Assembly: GCF_001194135.2 (NCBI RefSeq)
Contig: NC_068981.1
Location: 37,369,940 to 37,433,939, forward strand
DNA from: Octopus bimaculoides
Lineage: Eukaryota
DNA: 64,000 bases
Direction of reading: 5' to 3'
Shown here one piece after another: positions 36,089-48,839 of this stretch. Both the position numbers and the translations under genes were made by a program. The stretch's first letter is position 1. Each line of letters opens with the position of its first letter. A model generated the notes under the pieces. The model was not told the origin of the DNA, searched no databases, and saw nothing but the letters and a program-made list of their open reading frames with translations.

Positions 36089-36888
36089 TCATAAATCTGG
36101 ATCTTTCTCCTATTTGTATCTACTGTCTCAATTTTCTGTCCCTTTTAAGTACCAAGTACTCTCTCATCTTTTTGTTATCCATTCCCGTATTCACTGTATC
36201 ATGAAATAAAATAAAACATTAAATCTATCTGTCTCTATACTGAATACACCTCCTATACCACTACATTTATCTCACCACAAGTCTTAGCCTCCAAGTATTA
36301 GGCTTCAGTAACAATAGATAGCATTGCACCAGATACGATAGTATCTGATACCATCTATTCTCTTTTTTTATCTCTTTCTCTGTCTCCCAATTTTTCTTTC
36401 ACTTTCACTAATAATTATGTAGCTGTCTTAGTATCTCTCTCACATCACTATGCCTCAGTAATAAGCAAAGAATTGCATCAGATATTATATTATCTGATAA
36501 CCCACTATTCTTTCTCTTTTCTACAATATGCATTTTCTCAAAAGCATATCACCCGTATTAATCTCACTGCTCTTGGAGGATGTGAGAAGGTCAACAGTAC
36601 TGCCCAGTCTGCCAAAACATGCCTTGTAAAAGCAAATTTTAATTAGGTAATAAAAAACTAATTATAGAATCCTGAACTGAAGCTCAAAACAAGATATAAA
36701 ATGAAATTCTGTTCACTAATTATAGATAATAGCTGCTTTAGTAGAGCTCATCCTGGCAGAATGAACTTCAGCTCAGCAACATAACATGAATATAGAATGC
36801 TTCTTTTGTCTCAGCATAACAAGAAAGCAAGGTGCTAGATCATTCCTACTCTTTATCAAAGTGATATTTATTTGTACATTGTACTTAC

Positions 36889-36921
36889 AGTATTTATTTC
36901 CAACTAAGGTTGAAATAGAAA
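36889..36921 (-). other. Candidate small exon (33 nt, or 15 nt from the inner acceptor at 36903)
   Basis: tatatcctgtcacag|TTTCTATTTCAACCTTAG|TTGGAAATAAATACT|gtaagt. Phase 1-1 frame open (SISTLVGNKY). Confidence 0.25.
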
Positions 36922-37129
36922 CTGTGACAGGATATAAACAATTTTATCTCAAGGGAGGTGACACCATTTAAATCAGAGCTACATAATGTGAAGAGTTGTT
37001 AGGCTAGAAATATCTCTTGTGTTTTTACAAATTAGACTGAAATCATCATGTAGCCATGACATTTAATACAGTTTGATAACAGGATAACTTTTAATGACTA
37101 TTTAGAGAATTTTCTAATTACATCATCAA

Positions 37130-37640
37130 CATCATCATCATTGTCATCGTCATCGTCATCATTATCTGTGTCATTATTTTAACATCCCTTTTCCATACTT
37201 ACATGGGTCCGAGGAACTTCATTAAGGCAGATTTTCTGCAGCTGGATGCCCTTGTTATTGTTAACTTTCACCTGTTTCTGGATAAAATGATATTTCCATA
37301 TGGCTGGATATGTTTCACAGAAGATTGAACATGAAGTACACCATTTATATGACAGTGATGCTTGCTTACAATTATTAGATTATGTCCTGACAATGACACA
37401 CATACGCACACCCTCCCCCCACACAGATGCCTCTACACATGCACACATATATACTTTTAGATGTATATATATATATATATATATATGCTGTTCCTTTCAG
37501 TTTCCATCTACCAAATCTACTTACAAGGTTTTAAATGTCTTCGGTCTATAGTAGAAAACGCTTGTCTAAGATGTGAGGCAATGGGACTGAACCTGAAATC
37601 AAGTGGTCACAAAGCAAACTTCGTCACCATGCTTACTTCT
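37130..37640 (-). mobile_element. SINE B head, microsatellite hinge and tail E
   Basis: Head at 37480-37640, RTE-like tail at 37130-37400. Confidence 0.8.
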
Positions 37641-38569
37641 AGGAGGAAATAAATTATTTTGATTTTGTTTTATTTTAAATTATCAACAGTGAATTGTTTA
37701 AAGGGAGACATACAGAATATATAAAAGTTGATTATGAATATTCATGTAACAAGAAATAATATGCCTAGAGGAAGAAAATGCTCTACCTGAAGTCACAAAT
37801 TATTTTATTATTTTAAACTGACTTTTTCTAGCTGTATTTTATAATTTGATTACATTTTAAGAGTAAAATATTTTGAAATTATTCAAAAATACAACTTTTA
37901 ATTTTATTTTCCTAGGAATATGTTTCACAAAATCAAAAATAATCACAGCTTGTATTCAATAGCATAAAAAGATTTAAACAACTTTACTGCTTTATCTGGA
38001 AAAAATTCTCAAATTAAAACAATGCCATTTTATAAAGTAGTTTTATAATAAATTGAATTGAAATTCACATTACATTAGTTTCTTCTATTATTTTGTCTTT
38101 TCAATTTTATGTTCCAGTTCTTTTAATTTTAGCTGCATCAGCCTTCCACTTTGAACATTGAAAATGTAGTATTAGAGAAATTCTGGTTGTATCAAATATT
38201 CTAGGAAAGTATATTTGACATGAAATTAGAACTAGTACCAACTTTTGACTTAAGTGGACTGGAACATTTGGAGTAACTTTTACTTATATACCTTAACTAA
38301 TGAGCCACTTTGCTTTGATATAGTGTTTAAACTATTTCCTTCTCTTTTCCTTTGCCGTTTTGGCATATAAAAAGACATGCAATAAATCAACTTCAAACAA
38401 TTAAATCCTTAATATTTCTGCAAGCACACAGTGCTTCACTCAGCCTGTTTAAAGGTGATAAATAGTATTTAATAATTAAATCCTGTTATTAATTAAAAAA
38501 AAATATGGGTACTGTCATTGTTATGCATTCTAAACTATTTAATCTTTCTTTCAATAATAGGAATTATGT

Positions 38570-38790
38570 TAAGGTGGTGAGCTGGCAAAATTGTTAGCAT
38601 GCTGGGCAAAATGCTTACTGGCATTTTGTCTGTGTTTATGTTCTGAGTTCAAATTCTGCCAAGGTCCACTTTGCCTTTCATCCTTCTAGGGTTGATAAAA
38701 TAAATACTGAAGTAGGTATGCTCAACTTACAGCCTCCCCCGGAAACTTTCTGGCCTTGTTCCAAAATCTAGGGTTTATGTTAATCTGCAT
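38570..38790 (+). mobile_element. SINE family A
   Basis: AAGGTGGTGAGCTGGCAAAATTGTTAGC...GAGTTCAAATTCTGCC. Confidence 0.85.
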
Positions 38791-39199
38791 AAAGATTGAA
38801 CCATTTTTGTAAAGAACATTTTCTCTAACCCTGCTTACTACCAATCTATCAACCTTACTTTCAGCATCTCAAAAAATAACAAATAAAATAAACATAGAAA
38901 AGCTGAAAGGTGGCAAACAAATATCCAAAATAAACAACAAACAAAAGTAAAGTATGTTACATAATTATCAGCAGCAGCAACAGCAATAGAAATAGTCACA
39001 TTACATTAATAACAATCTTATCATACATTCTAAGACAATAACTTTATCAAGCGTTTTCTCATAAACCATCCACCATAAACCAAACAAAGAGAACACAGAA
39101 AAATGTATATATACTGTCTAACTAGGTCTACTCAATGAAAAGTGACCTGAAATCTAGAGCAATAACAACAATAGGCATAATTCCTACCATGTATCCTTG

Positions 39200-39400
39200 C
39201 CTGAACCCTGTACTTAAACACTTTACCAAATTATTCTTCTCCAGGACTGTAGCCCTTTAAAATTGTCTTCCTGCTTATATTTTTTCCTTGCAAACATCAG
39301 TTTCATCTATTTTCACCCCATTCACCATTTTCCCTACCAACACTAATAGCATCAATTTCCTTGAAATGTCTTCCTTCGAAGATCGTGGTGTTTCCCCTCA
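39200..39400 (-). mobile_element. Possible Merlin (IS1595/ISXO2-like) transposase relic
   Basis: GEWVKIDET, a +1 frameshift, then MFARKKYK, compared with the VEIDE(S/T)xFxKRKYxRGR motif. Confidence 0.45.
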
Positions 39401-40819
39401 TTTTCTAATAAGATAAAGATTATAAAACAAAAGCATCTTTGTAGCAGTCTCAATAAAGATTTCACGTATTAACATTTACAAATCGCTTTTCACATAAATT
39501 TTTTAAGTGATTGTTGTAAGTCTATATTATTACTCAACTGAGGTAAGTATTGACTATTTCCTTATCTACATGAGGAGGATCTAATCAAGAGAATTCAATC
39601 AATTTGAACATCAATGATGTTACAAGTAGAAAGGTAAATAGTAACAAATAATTGTGCTTAAGACAGAGTGTATACCAAGTTTTATTGGTTAATTTATAAA
39701 TGGTGAAACTATTTCAGATATAATTGAAATGAAAGTGTTTCTGTTTTAAGTATGGTGCTTTATAAAGCAGTAAATTGTCAGTTGTTATAGCATTTGGCTT
39801 GCAAGATTTGTTGTGGTTTTCTGTGCTCTGTATTCAAATACCACCAAGATCAACTTTTGCTTTTCTTCATTGCAGGGTCAATGAATGTAGTACCAGTCCA
39901 GAGTGGTAGCTTGACACAATTGCAGGTGGAATATCTTCTGGTATTTGTGAGCCATTAACTTGTAAGAAATGAAGTTGTATATAATATGTAGCACAAAGTA
40001 GTATTCTTTAGAGTTACTTCTAAGAGTTATGGTAGTTGTTGCTCAACTTTAGATTAACTCAGCTGAGTAGATTAATGACCAATGATATTCATCTATGATT
40101 CATTTTTACTATATTACAATATTGTCTACTGTATGAATTATTTATTCAAAATGGTGGGGAATAATTTGAGGGAAATTTAGTTGTTAATTCTGGCAGACCA
40201 AATGATCTTGTAGAAGCTCATTTGACTATCTATTAGAATTATTTTCCATATATCAAGTGGTGTATGATAGCATCACTGATTACAAGTTTTTAATGGAATA
40301 ATCATTGGTGTGTGTTACAATGGAGTGTCTTTAGCTTGATACAGAACAAATATTTCACAGGATTTCATTCATAAAGCATAAATTTCTTTGTCTTTGTCTA
40401 TGCCAATTATCAATATACATCAACAAAACATTTACCCACATATTTATGAACATAAAATCTGACTTCTGCATAGTTTTCATCAACCTAATTCAATTTACAC
40501 AGTATTGGTTTACTTAAGAATGCTATGGACTGGTATTGAACCTTTCTTCATGTGGTTGTGATGTGACCTTAACCACGGCTATATGTGCAATCATATGAAA
40601 GTGTTTTATGTATTAGTTATTATACAGAAAAGCTGGACTTCTAATTTGTTTCTGCATGTTTGGAGTTGGTGTGCAGCTGCACTGATCTAGTCTAACAAGA
40701 TAAGACTGGAAAATTGCCAAAGGGTGGATATTATTTGGAAATTTTTCAGAGCTATTTCACTGTCTTTGATACAAATGTTTTAGAAAGACGGAAACTATTA
40801 TGTCCAACATTCTTGTTCA

Positions 40820-40960
40820 CTATTGTTTAGAATAATATGGATCTAGTATAACACCCTGCCAGTCAATGGTCATTTCTATTTTAGAGCTATGTTCAAATAG
40901 TTTTTTAAATATTTTTTCTGCTTCTTGAAATGCATGAAATAACTGAACATGAAAGTTTGA
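40820..40960 (-). mobile_element. Possible Tigger/pogo C-terminal relic
   Basis: FHAFQEAEKIFKKLFEHSSKIEMTIDWQGVILDPY loosely resembles the Tigger end motif MTI..QG...L.PY. Confidence 0.3.
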
Positions 40961-41219
40961 ATGCTTAATCAATGAATACTCTAAGTTCTCCTGCTTAATG
41001 TCACACAAGTAGGAATGGCTGTGCCTTTAAGAAGTTTGCTCCATAACTATGGTCTTCTGGATTTGATTCCACTATACCAAATTTATGAAAGTGTATCTCA
41101 CTGTAGCCACACCTGTCTTTGTCTTTTGTTTTTTGTAAATTTCAACTATTAATATATATATATATAACCAAATTGATAGATAATGTAGGCATGCATGTAT
41201 GTATGTATATGTATACTGC

Positions 41220-41470
41220 TCGGGTATGGCTGGGTAGTTAAGAAATTTGTTTAAGATCCAGTTCGTTGCATGACACCTTGGGCAAGTTTCTTCTATTATA
41301 ACCTTGCATGGACCAAAGCCTTGCATATTAATCAAGCCTCACTGTCACAGATCCAAGGTTGTTTGTTTCCAATTTTCCATAAATCATATCCAACTTTGCT
41401 TTGGGAAAATGTTACTTTCTATGGAAACAGGTAAGGGTTAGTGACAGGAAGGGTGTCTGGCCATAGAAAA
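41220..41470 (+). mobile_element. SINE B head plus tail E, degenerate
   Basis: GACACCTTGGGCAAG head, GGAAACAGGTAAGGGTT...GGAAGGGTG tail. Confidence 0.7.
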
Positions 41471-41479
41471 ATCTACCTC

Positions 41480-41860
41480 AATGTATGTGATGTTTCTTTT
41501 TTAAGTCTGGAACTTATTCTATCAGACACTTTTGCTGAATTGCTAAGTTACGGGAATGTAAGCAAATCAACACCACTTGTGGAAGTATTGGTAGGGGACA
41601 AACAAAAGCTATGCACACTCATACATACTCACACACACACACACATGCACGCACACATATGTGCACTCACACATATGCACATACACACACATACATATAT
41701 AACACAAGCTTCTTTCAGTTTCCATCTACCAAGTCCACTCACATGACTGGTTGGCCTCAGGCTATTGTAGAAGACACTTGTTCAAGGTGCCAATGCAGTG
41801 GGACTGAACCTAGAACCTTGTGCTTTGGAAGCAAACTTCTTATCACACAACCACACCTAT
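41480..41860 (-). mobile_element. SINE family B
   Basis: TTTCAGTTTCCATCTACC and GGGACTGAACC in reverse orientation. Confidence 0.8.
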
Positions 41861-43099
41861 TCCTATGTATATATATAAATATATATATATATAAAAGAGA
41901 AAGAGATATATATAGAGAGAGATCTATGTATTTACAATGGGCCTCTGTACAGTTTTTCTTATTAGTTCTACTAAAAAGACATTGGTCTACCCAAGATTGC
42001 AGTAGAAAACACTTGCCTAGGGTATCAAGGTGTCAAACAAGGAGGAGTCTAACACCACATGGTAATGAATCAAACTCTGTATCCAGAAAACTTTGTCTAT
42101 AATATTCTTAATTTCAACCAACACAGCTGTTTCACTATGCCCTTTAGTGTACAATTACCATTCCATCTAAATTATAAATCTTGATTGAATTAAGTTTAAT
42201 AACAACATATTCACCTTATTAAATATAGCTGTAAGCTGTCACTTCAATATTCTGTCTGTTTAATGAGTGTTTGCCAACATAGATATTATCCAATCACAAC
42301 TCATTCTGTGTCAGACTACATCACTGCTTATCCTCCAAACAGGAAATGAAGTAACTAAAATAAGTATACAGCAATCCATTAGGCAGATATTTTTGTGTAC
42401 ATAGCATATGTATATGGAAACCAAAATTATAATGGTTAAGTAAAAATCATGTATAAGCAAGTTAAACCAAGGATATAGAATATAAATATCAGAACAAAAA
42501 CCAAAAGTACCAGTTTCGTTTGCTTATTTCCCTATTAAGGACATCATTTCAATGCAGACTCCATTAAACGATTAGTACAAGGAAGACATAATAGAAAAAA
42601 AAAAGATTTTTTTTTTGTTTTTGCTTAAAAAAACATGGTTTGAATTCAATGAAAGTGCATTTTCAAAGTTGAGAATCTTGTTTGTCCAGTTCCCCGACAA
42701 ACATACCTTGAATTTAATCATTACAGCAAAAAATATCGCAGCCAAATAAATAAGGAAAAAAAAACGTAGAAAGAATAAACTTCAAATATATATATAAAAA
42801 AAAAAAAAATAAAGCTTTCCTTCAAATGAAGAAAATTCATGTGTAGCCATTATGAATTTGTCTAAATAAAAATATATGTAGGGTTGGTTACTTAAGTAAA
42901 ACATGATCATTTTGGTTGAATGTTTACAGTCAATAATTTGGAGGCAAATATTAACAAAGGCATTGGATAAATATATTCATAAAATTTAGCTTGTATGAAA
43001 ATATTTAGTATGTCAAATCTATATAACATTTTTTAAAGAATAATAAGGCATGAAGCAGAATATATGTGTGTAGTTATGTTGTACACACATATGCACATG

Positions 43100-43505
43100 T
43101 TTTCTTTTATTCTTTTTATACTTTTAATTGTTTCACTCATTTGACTGTGGCCATGCTGGAGCACAATCTATACTTGAACAAATTGACCCCAGGACTTATT
43201 CTTTGTAAGCCTAGTACTTATTCTATTGGTCTCTTTTGCTGAACTGCTAAGTTATGGGGATGTAAACACACCAACATCAGTTGTCAAGCGATGGTGGGGG
43301 TAGACAAACACAGACACTCAAATGCATACATATGTATATATATATATATACGACGGGCTACTTTCAGTTTCTGTCTGCCAAATCTACTCACAAGGCTTTG
43401 GTGGGCCAGTAGAATACACTTGCTCAAGGTACTATGCAGTGGACTGAACCTGGAATCATGTGGTTGGGAAGAAAACTTCTTACCATACAGCTACTCCTGA
43501 GCCTA
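43100..43505 (-). mobile_element. SINE family B, full length
   Basis: Reverse complement of the 27098 architecture. Confidence 0.88.
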
Positions 43506-43639
43506 TGCAGCCACTCCTGCACCTATATGTATATGCATATATGTATATGAGTGTGTGTGTATGTATGTATGTATGTATGTATGTATGTATGTATGTATGT
43601 ATGCATGCATGCATGTATCTATGTATGTATGTATGTATT

Positions 43640-43995
43640 TAGGCACTGCTGTATTTGTGTGGTAAAGATGCTTGGTTCCCAATCATATGGTCCTTATGCA
43701 CGGTGCCACGGGTAAGAGTCTTCCATTATAGCCTCAGGCCAACAAAAGCTTTGTGAGTGGATTTGCTAGATGGAAACTGAAAGAATCCTCTCGTGTGTGT
43801 GTGTCATTCTCTTGATATCACATGATGGTTGTAAATGTGATACAAGTGTTGTTCATTTCCAGTCTTCTGCAGATAAGGTTTTTGTTCGTGCAGAAATATT
43901 ACCTTACTTGGAAACAGTTGAAGGTTGGCAACAGGAAGGGCATCTGGCTGTAGAAAATCTGAATCATGCAATGGAAAAGTGGACATAAAATGTAT
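43640..43995 (+). mobile_element. SINE B head plus tail E
   Basis: Head 43640-43790; tail ...GGAAGGGCATCTGGCTGTAGAAAATCTG...GGAAAAGTGGAC. Confidence 0.82.
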
Positions 43996-45568
43996 ATAAG
44001 TATCTATGTATCTCTCTGTCTATTTGTGTGTGTGTATGTGTGTGTTTGTGTGTGCATGTGTATGTGTTTACATATGCAATATATATGTATTTGTATATTT
44101 GTATCTGCATATATATGTACACATAACTACACACTCATACACATATGCTAGTATATGCAGTTATATATACACACACACATGCATGCACACACACACACAT
44201 AGAAAGAGAGAGAGAAATACACACACCCACAAACACACACACACATATATATACAGAGAGAGATTTAAAAGAGAAATGTGATACTGTGGACCATGTCATT
44301 TTCTTTCAGATATTTAATGTTTAAAACTGTCTTTTATACACTAACAAATGATGTATGGCCCTATAATTCACTGGAATTTATTTCTGCACCATGCTCAACT
44401 GAAAAGTTGATGTGGACACTTTATTTTTATGCTCAAAATTTTAAAGATAACAAAAGTATGTTTGTGAACATGTGTGTGAGTGTCTGTGTGTGTAAGTGCA
44501 TGTCTGTCAGTATGGTAATAGGGAATGGCTACAACACAATAATTACTCTTCTTATAACTGTTTTCAAAAGATAAGGTAATGCAAATTTTACTGACAACAG
44601 ATACAGAGATTAGCTGTTGAATGTTATCTTATCCTAGCTTTCACATTTTTGAGTTCAAACTTGATCAAAGATAACGTTACTTATTTGGTTTTTTAAAATT
44701 CAGGTACATTAAGATATTTACTTGTGTTGTACTTAATATATTTCATTTCTGAATTTGATTTGCAAGATTCTTGAGTGAACTTGTGTGTTCAATCAGATAT
44801 TGTATCTCACAAGAGTCATTATGCCAATGTGTGTGAGTGTGTATGTTTATTATTGGTATAATGGCTCTTATAAGATACAGCAAAATACTTAATATACTCG
44901 ATTGGATTCCATCAGCTTTATGTCTTTACACACATAAACACATATATGTATATGTGTACATATATGCACACGCACATTCCATTACAAAAAATGTAAAGTA
45001 GACGTGAAACAAATTTCTGCCTAATTAAGAAATATTAATTCTAGTCATTTAGTAAAGAAGAAATTGAAAGAAGCTAACATTTTGCTTCTAATAGTCATTT
45101 ATTGAGAAGAATACTTGGTCCTGAGCATAGAGTAATGTTAACACTTTCAATGTACATCTCTAGGATGCATCATTACATAACCAGCTCAAGTAGACTAAGA
45201 AAATATATCTGCATAATGATTTTGTTGAAGAGTGCTTCTGAGTAAAAGATTTCTTCTAACTGAAAGTAATTACTTAATAGATATGTAAAATTAATGGAAC
45301 ATTAAGTAAATTGATTGTTATCAGTAGCAAATCAATTTATCACCTGTTGTTGTTATATGAGAACCAAAGTAGATGACTAAATGTAGTATTTAATGGAACT
45401 ATTTTAAATGTAATTCTTTGTCCTTCAGTTATATGATAAATTTGTAAGGGAATGTCTTATTATTAGCTAATATAACCACAGGTTGATAAATGTATGTGAA
45501 TCTAACTTTGAAATGGGGTTATTGTGCAGCAGCCATTACATGCAACATATCAAAACATTGGTATTAAC

Positions 45569-45815
45569 CAGCAATTCCCAACCTATGGGTCAAGGGATAA
45601 TCCTGAAAGACAAAATATAAAATGCTCAAGAGTATGTTATTGAACCAACCATAGACATAAGGACTACAACAGCAACAGCAACAAAGTTTACTGGAAACAA
45701 AAATGAAAAATATTTCCCAAAGAAAAGTTTTGAATATATCAATGAAAAATCACAGGCAGAAGATTATAGATTAGCCTGAATGGGTCACAGAGGTAAAACT
45801 GGCTGGGATCCACTG
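45569..45815. mobile_element. hAT (Charlie-type) MITE
   Basis: TIRs CAGCAATTCCCAACC and GGCTGGGATCCACTG. The 8-bp flanks GTATTAAC and GTATAGAT match at 5 of 8 positions. Confidence 0.6.
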
Positions 45816-47460
45816 GTATAGATACAATAAGACTGCCTACAAAGAGAGAGAGAGGGGGAGAGAGAGAGAGGGATATGCATTATTGCTAATATACAATAAC
45901 CTGTGGAATTTGACTATTTAATCTTGAATCAACCAAATTTTTCTATAACATTACAATACTTACATTAAGAGCTTTTTATAAAATTCTGTCCTTCCTTTAC
46001 ATGAATTATTTTAATAATATTGAAATGATATTGCATCTGAAAATAAATTTCTTTCTTCTATAGAGTTGCATATCAAAGGAGGTACCACTTATATGGTAAC
46101 CGTCAGATCTGTATTGTTCCATCATGACCTCTTCCAAATTTAATAAAACCTGGTGTCCCTGTTCCTCACAGAAATACTGCTGATGCTGATGAGAGTTTAC
46201 ACCTCCATCCATCATTTAAGTGGAGACAATACTAAGAAGATTTATTTCAAATTCTTTGCTACAATCCCCTTTTTGAAGAAAATATCTGCATCAGTTGATT
46301 ATTTTAACCCCAGTCCTTTATTTTATTGACAGTTAAAAGACAAAAGGTGAAGTTAAACTTAATGGGATTAGAATTCAGGATGTAAATAGCCATAACTAAA
46401 TACCACAAGGTATTTTTCCATCACTACTAATTCTTTCAAGCCACTGCCATAAATAAGTTCAGTTATAACAACTGTTAATCAAACATTCATTCAAATACTA
46501 GATATCCAGTGGTTGGCACTCAAATATATGTATAAAGAGTACATGTGAATATTTACATTTGTGGAAAAACAATCACATTACTTAATTCACAGAGTTCTGT
46601 TCCAGAATCTATTTCTATATCATAGACTAGAGAAACCAATACTTTATCTACAGACACGCTGTCTCTAGAACGTTTTATTCCAAATTTGTAAACTTCCATT
46701 TCATCTATTATTTATCAACTCAGTATAACATTCACAAGAGAATTTCTCTAAAATACAGAGATGTTTTTTTCAGAAATAGTTGCCATGGTTAGTTCTGGTC
46801 AAGTAGAGATATTGCATGGAGAAAGATAATTTACGAACAATAAGCCAGATAACATTGTTAAGTTTTACTATTGCTAGTCCATCCAGCAACATTGAAATCT
46901 TTTAAACTTTAGTCAAGAGGGAAGGTAGAGATAATGATCTTCCACAAGGCCTCCAAGACTAGTGAAAGGGAGAAAGGTTGCCTCAAACTAGGAAACTGGC
47001 TTGAATGCTGTCAACTAAGTGAATTCTGCTAAAGTCACACAATTTACACTGGGTTATGTATTAACTTTACCCATGTGAGTTATGGTAGCATTTGAACTCA
47101 AAACAACAAATCCTAAAAGGTATCTGTTTCCAATGCTCTTACAGTTCTGTGTATCCACTTCCCAGAGTTGGTACTATTTTGTTGATCCTAAAAGGGTCTC
47201 CATAAATTTGATTTTTGGTTGGATATAAACTTAGAGCTCTGATTCCTAGAGAAAATATTGTGAGGTATCCTATCCAATGCTCTCAAAACTCTGCATTTCT
47301 CTGCATTGTGTAATACAAAAAGTGAAGCCTGTGTTTTTCATTTTGGTCACTAGATATCCCAGTTATATTTGACAAACATTACAGCTAAGAAATGACAAAT
47401 AATCATTAATCAATTTACAAAACTCTCAACCCTCACCATTTATAAACTTTTACACCTTAC

Positions 47461-47553
47461 TTAGCTGAGGAACTGTTGCACCCATTCCTGTTTTCAGAGT
47501 CTCCAAGAGACCCCTGTGATAGAGATCAGAAGAAAGACATTTTTCATGCATTT
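47461..47553 (-). CDS. Probable internal coding exon of an unidentified host gene (93 nt, phase 1-1)
   Basis: tttaacttgcctttcctattgcag|...|gtaagg. Only one frame is open: MHEKCLSSDLYHRGLLETLKTGMGATVPQL. GC is above the flanks and the sequence is non-repetitive. Confidence 0.6.
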
Positions 47554-48393
47554 CTGCAATAGGAAAGGCAAGTTAAACTAAGTAATGGATGACGTCTACC
47601 ACTCAACGATTAATTACAGGTCATTTACTCCCCTCCATAGTTTGGTTGTCTAAAGAGATATTTGAAGTTTTAACTTGCTGTATATATAATTTCTGTGTCT
47701 GTTTGAATCAGTTACATCTGAATATGATAGTAGAGTATAGTACCAGGATAAAGCTAATATATCATTGAAGTTAATTTATGATTCAGGTAAATAGTTTGGT
47801 GATGATAGCAATAATAAATTTTAGCCTAATCAACAGATTCATTAATGGGAAATGTTAGAAAACTAAAATTACTGATATATGTATAATTTAGGCATGTGAG
47901 AGTACCATAATTTTGAAACTTAATTTTCATATGGAGCAAGGCATAGCCAATACATATAAGAAATTTGCTTGACAAACATACGGTTCCAAAAATGACACTT
48001 AGCATGTTACATCATTAGCATGTGTCCTCTGCTATAGCCTTGGGTTAAGTAAAGCCTTTATATGGTTAAATGACCTTCAAATATAACGTTTAAATTTTCC
48101 TTAAATTATACACTGCAGTCTTGCAAAATCAGGACCATTGACTGGATAATACAATATGAAATACACAATATCTGAAAACCAAGATGAGATGGTCATAGAT
48201 CTGCTTGTCTGTTTGATCTGATTGACTTGAAGGTTGGATAGAACCAACAAAAACTTTTCCATTTGATTGGATATGTTCTGTATAACTGAATAAATAGCAA
48301 AAAAGGCTAAACAAAACATCTGCTCAAATACTTTTACAACAGAATATCATTTATAAATCTAAATCATCAAAATTTAATTCTTCAGCGTTTATA

Positions 48394-48590
48394 TATTGGG
48401 TTGGCAACTAAGTGCCTGCCATTTTTTTAAATCAAATTTTTTTAAAAGGTTTAATAAAAAATAACAACTAATTAATTAATAATGTATTCACCCTTGTTGT
48501 TTACAACTTCTTCCCAATGTTCAATAAGATTTTCAATACCTCGTTGGTAGAAATCACTTGATTTCAACTAGAAAAATTGATCCAACCAAG
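48394..48590 (-). mobile_element. Mariner 3' end with TIR
   Basis: TA then TTGGGTTGGCAACTAAG TIR; minus-strand DFYQRGIENLIEHWEEVVNNKGEYI. Confidence 0.85.
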
Positions 48591-48604
48591 CTCCTAATTC
48601 TGCG

Positions 48605-48835
48605 TCAGTAGATGCTTTTACATACGGCATAAATTTTTCCTGATTGTATATGGTATGCAGTTGATTTTTAGATGCCAACTTAGTGGCTTTATTTTTTTGA
48701 TTTGTCAGAAAGAAGACTGGTGGTTTGCATAACATCTTTTAAAATACTTGTGCATAAACCCATGTAATTTTTCTTTTTGATGATATTATCTTGGAGAACT
48801 GCTGTGACTTTGACTTCATAAACAGCTGAGTGTTT
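48605..48835 (-). mobile_element. Inverted PLE GIY-YIG fragment
   Basis: SAVYEVKV, NYMGLC, NHQSSF, ATKLAS; homologous to 49256-49500. Confidence 0.8.
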
Positions 48836-48839
48836 AAAA

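Noticed and set aside
46064-46230. FN3-like GGTTYMVTVRSV, a frame with an in-frame TGA (selenocysteine idea), and the 69-aa minus-strand ORF
   Set aside because: The resemblance is short, no convincing acceptor-donor pair exists in a consistent frame, and no SECIS is seen.
48101-48319. Overlapping minus-strand ORFs behind a good acceptor (near 48275)
   Set aside because: There is no credible donor in phase with the 47553 exon and no recognisable peptide.
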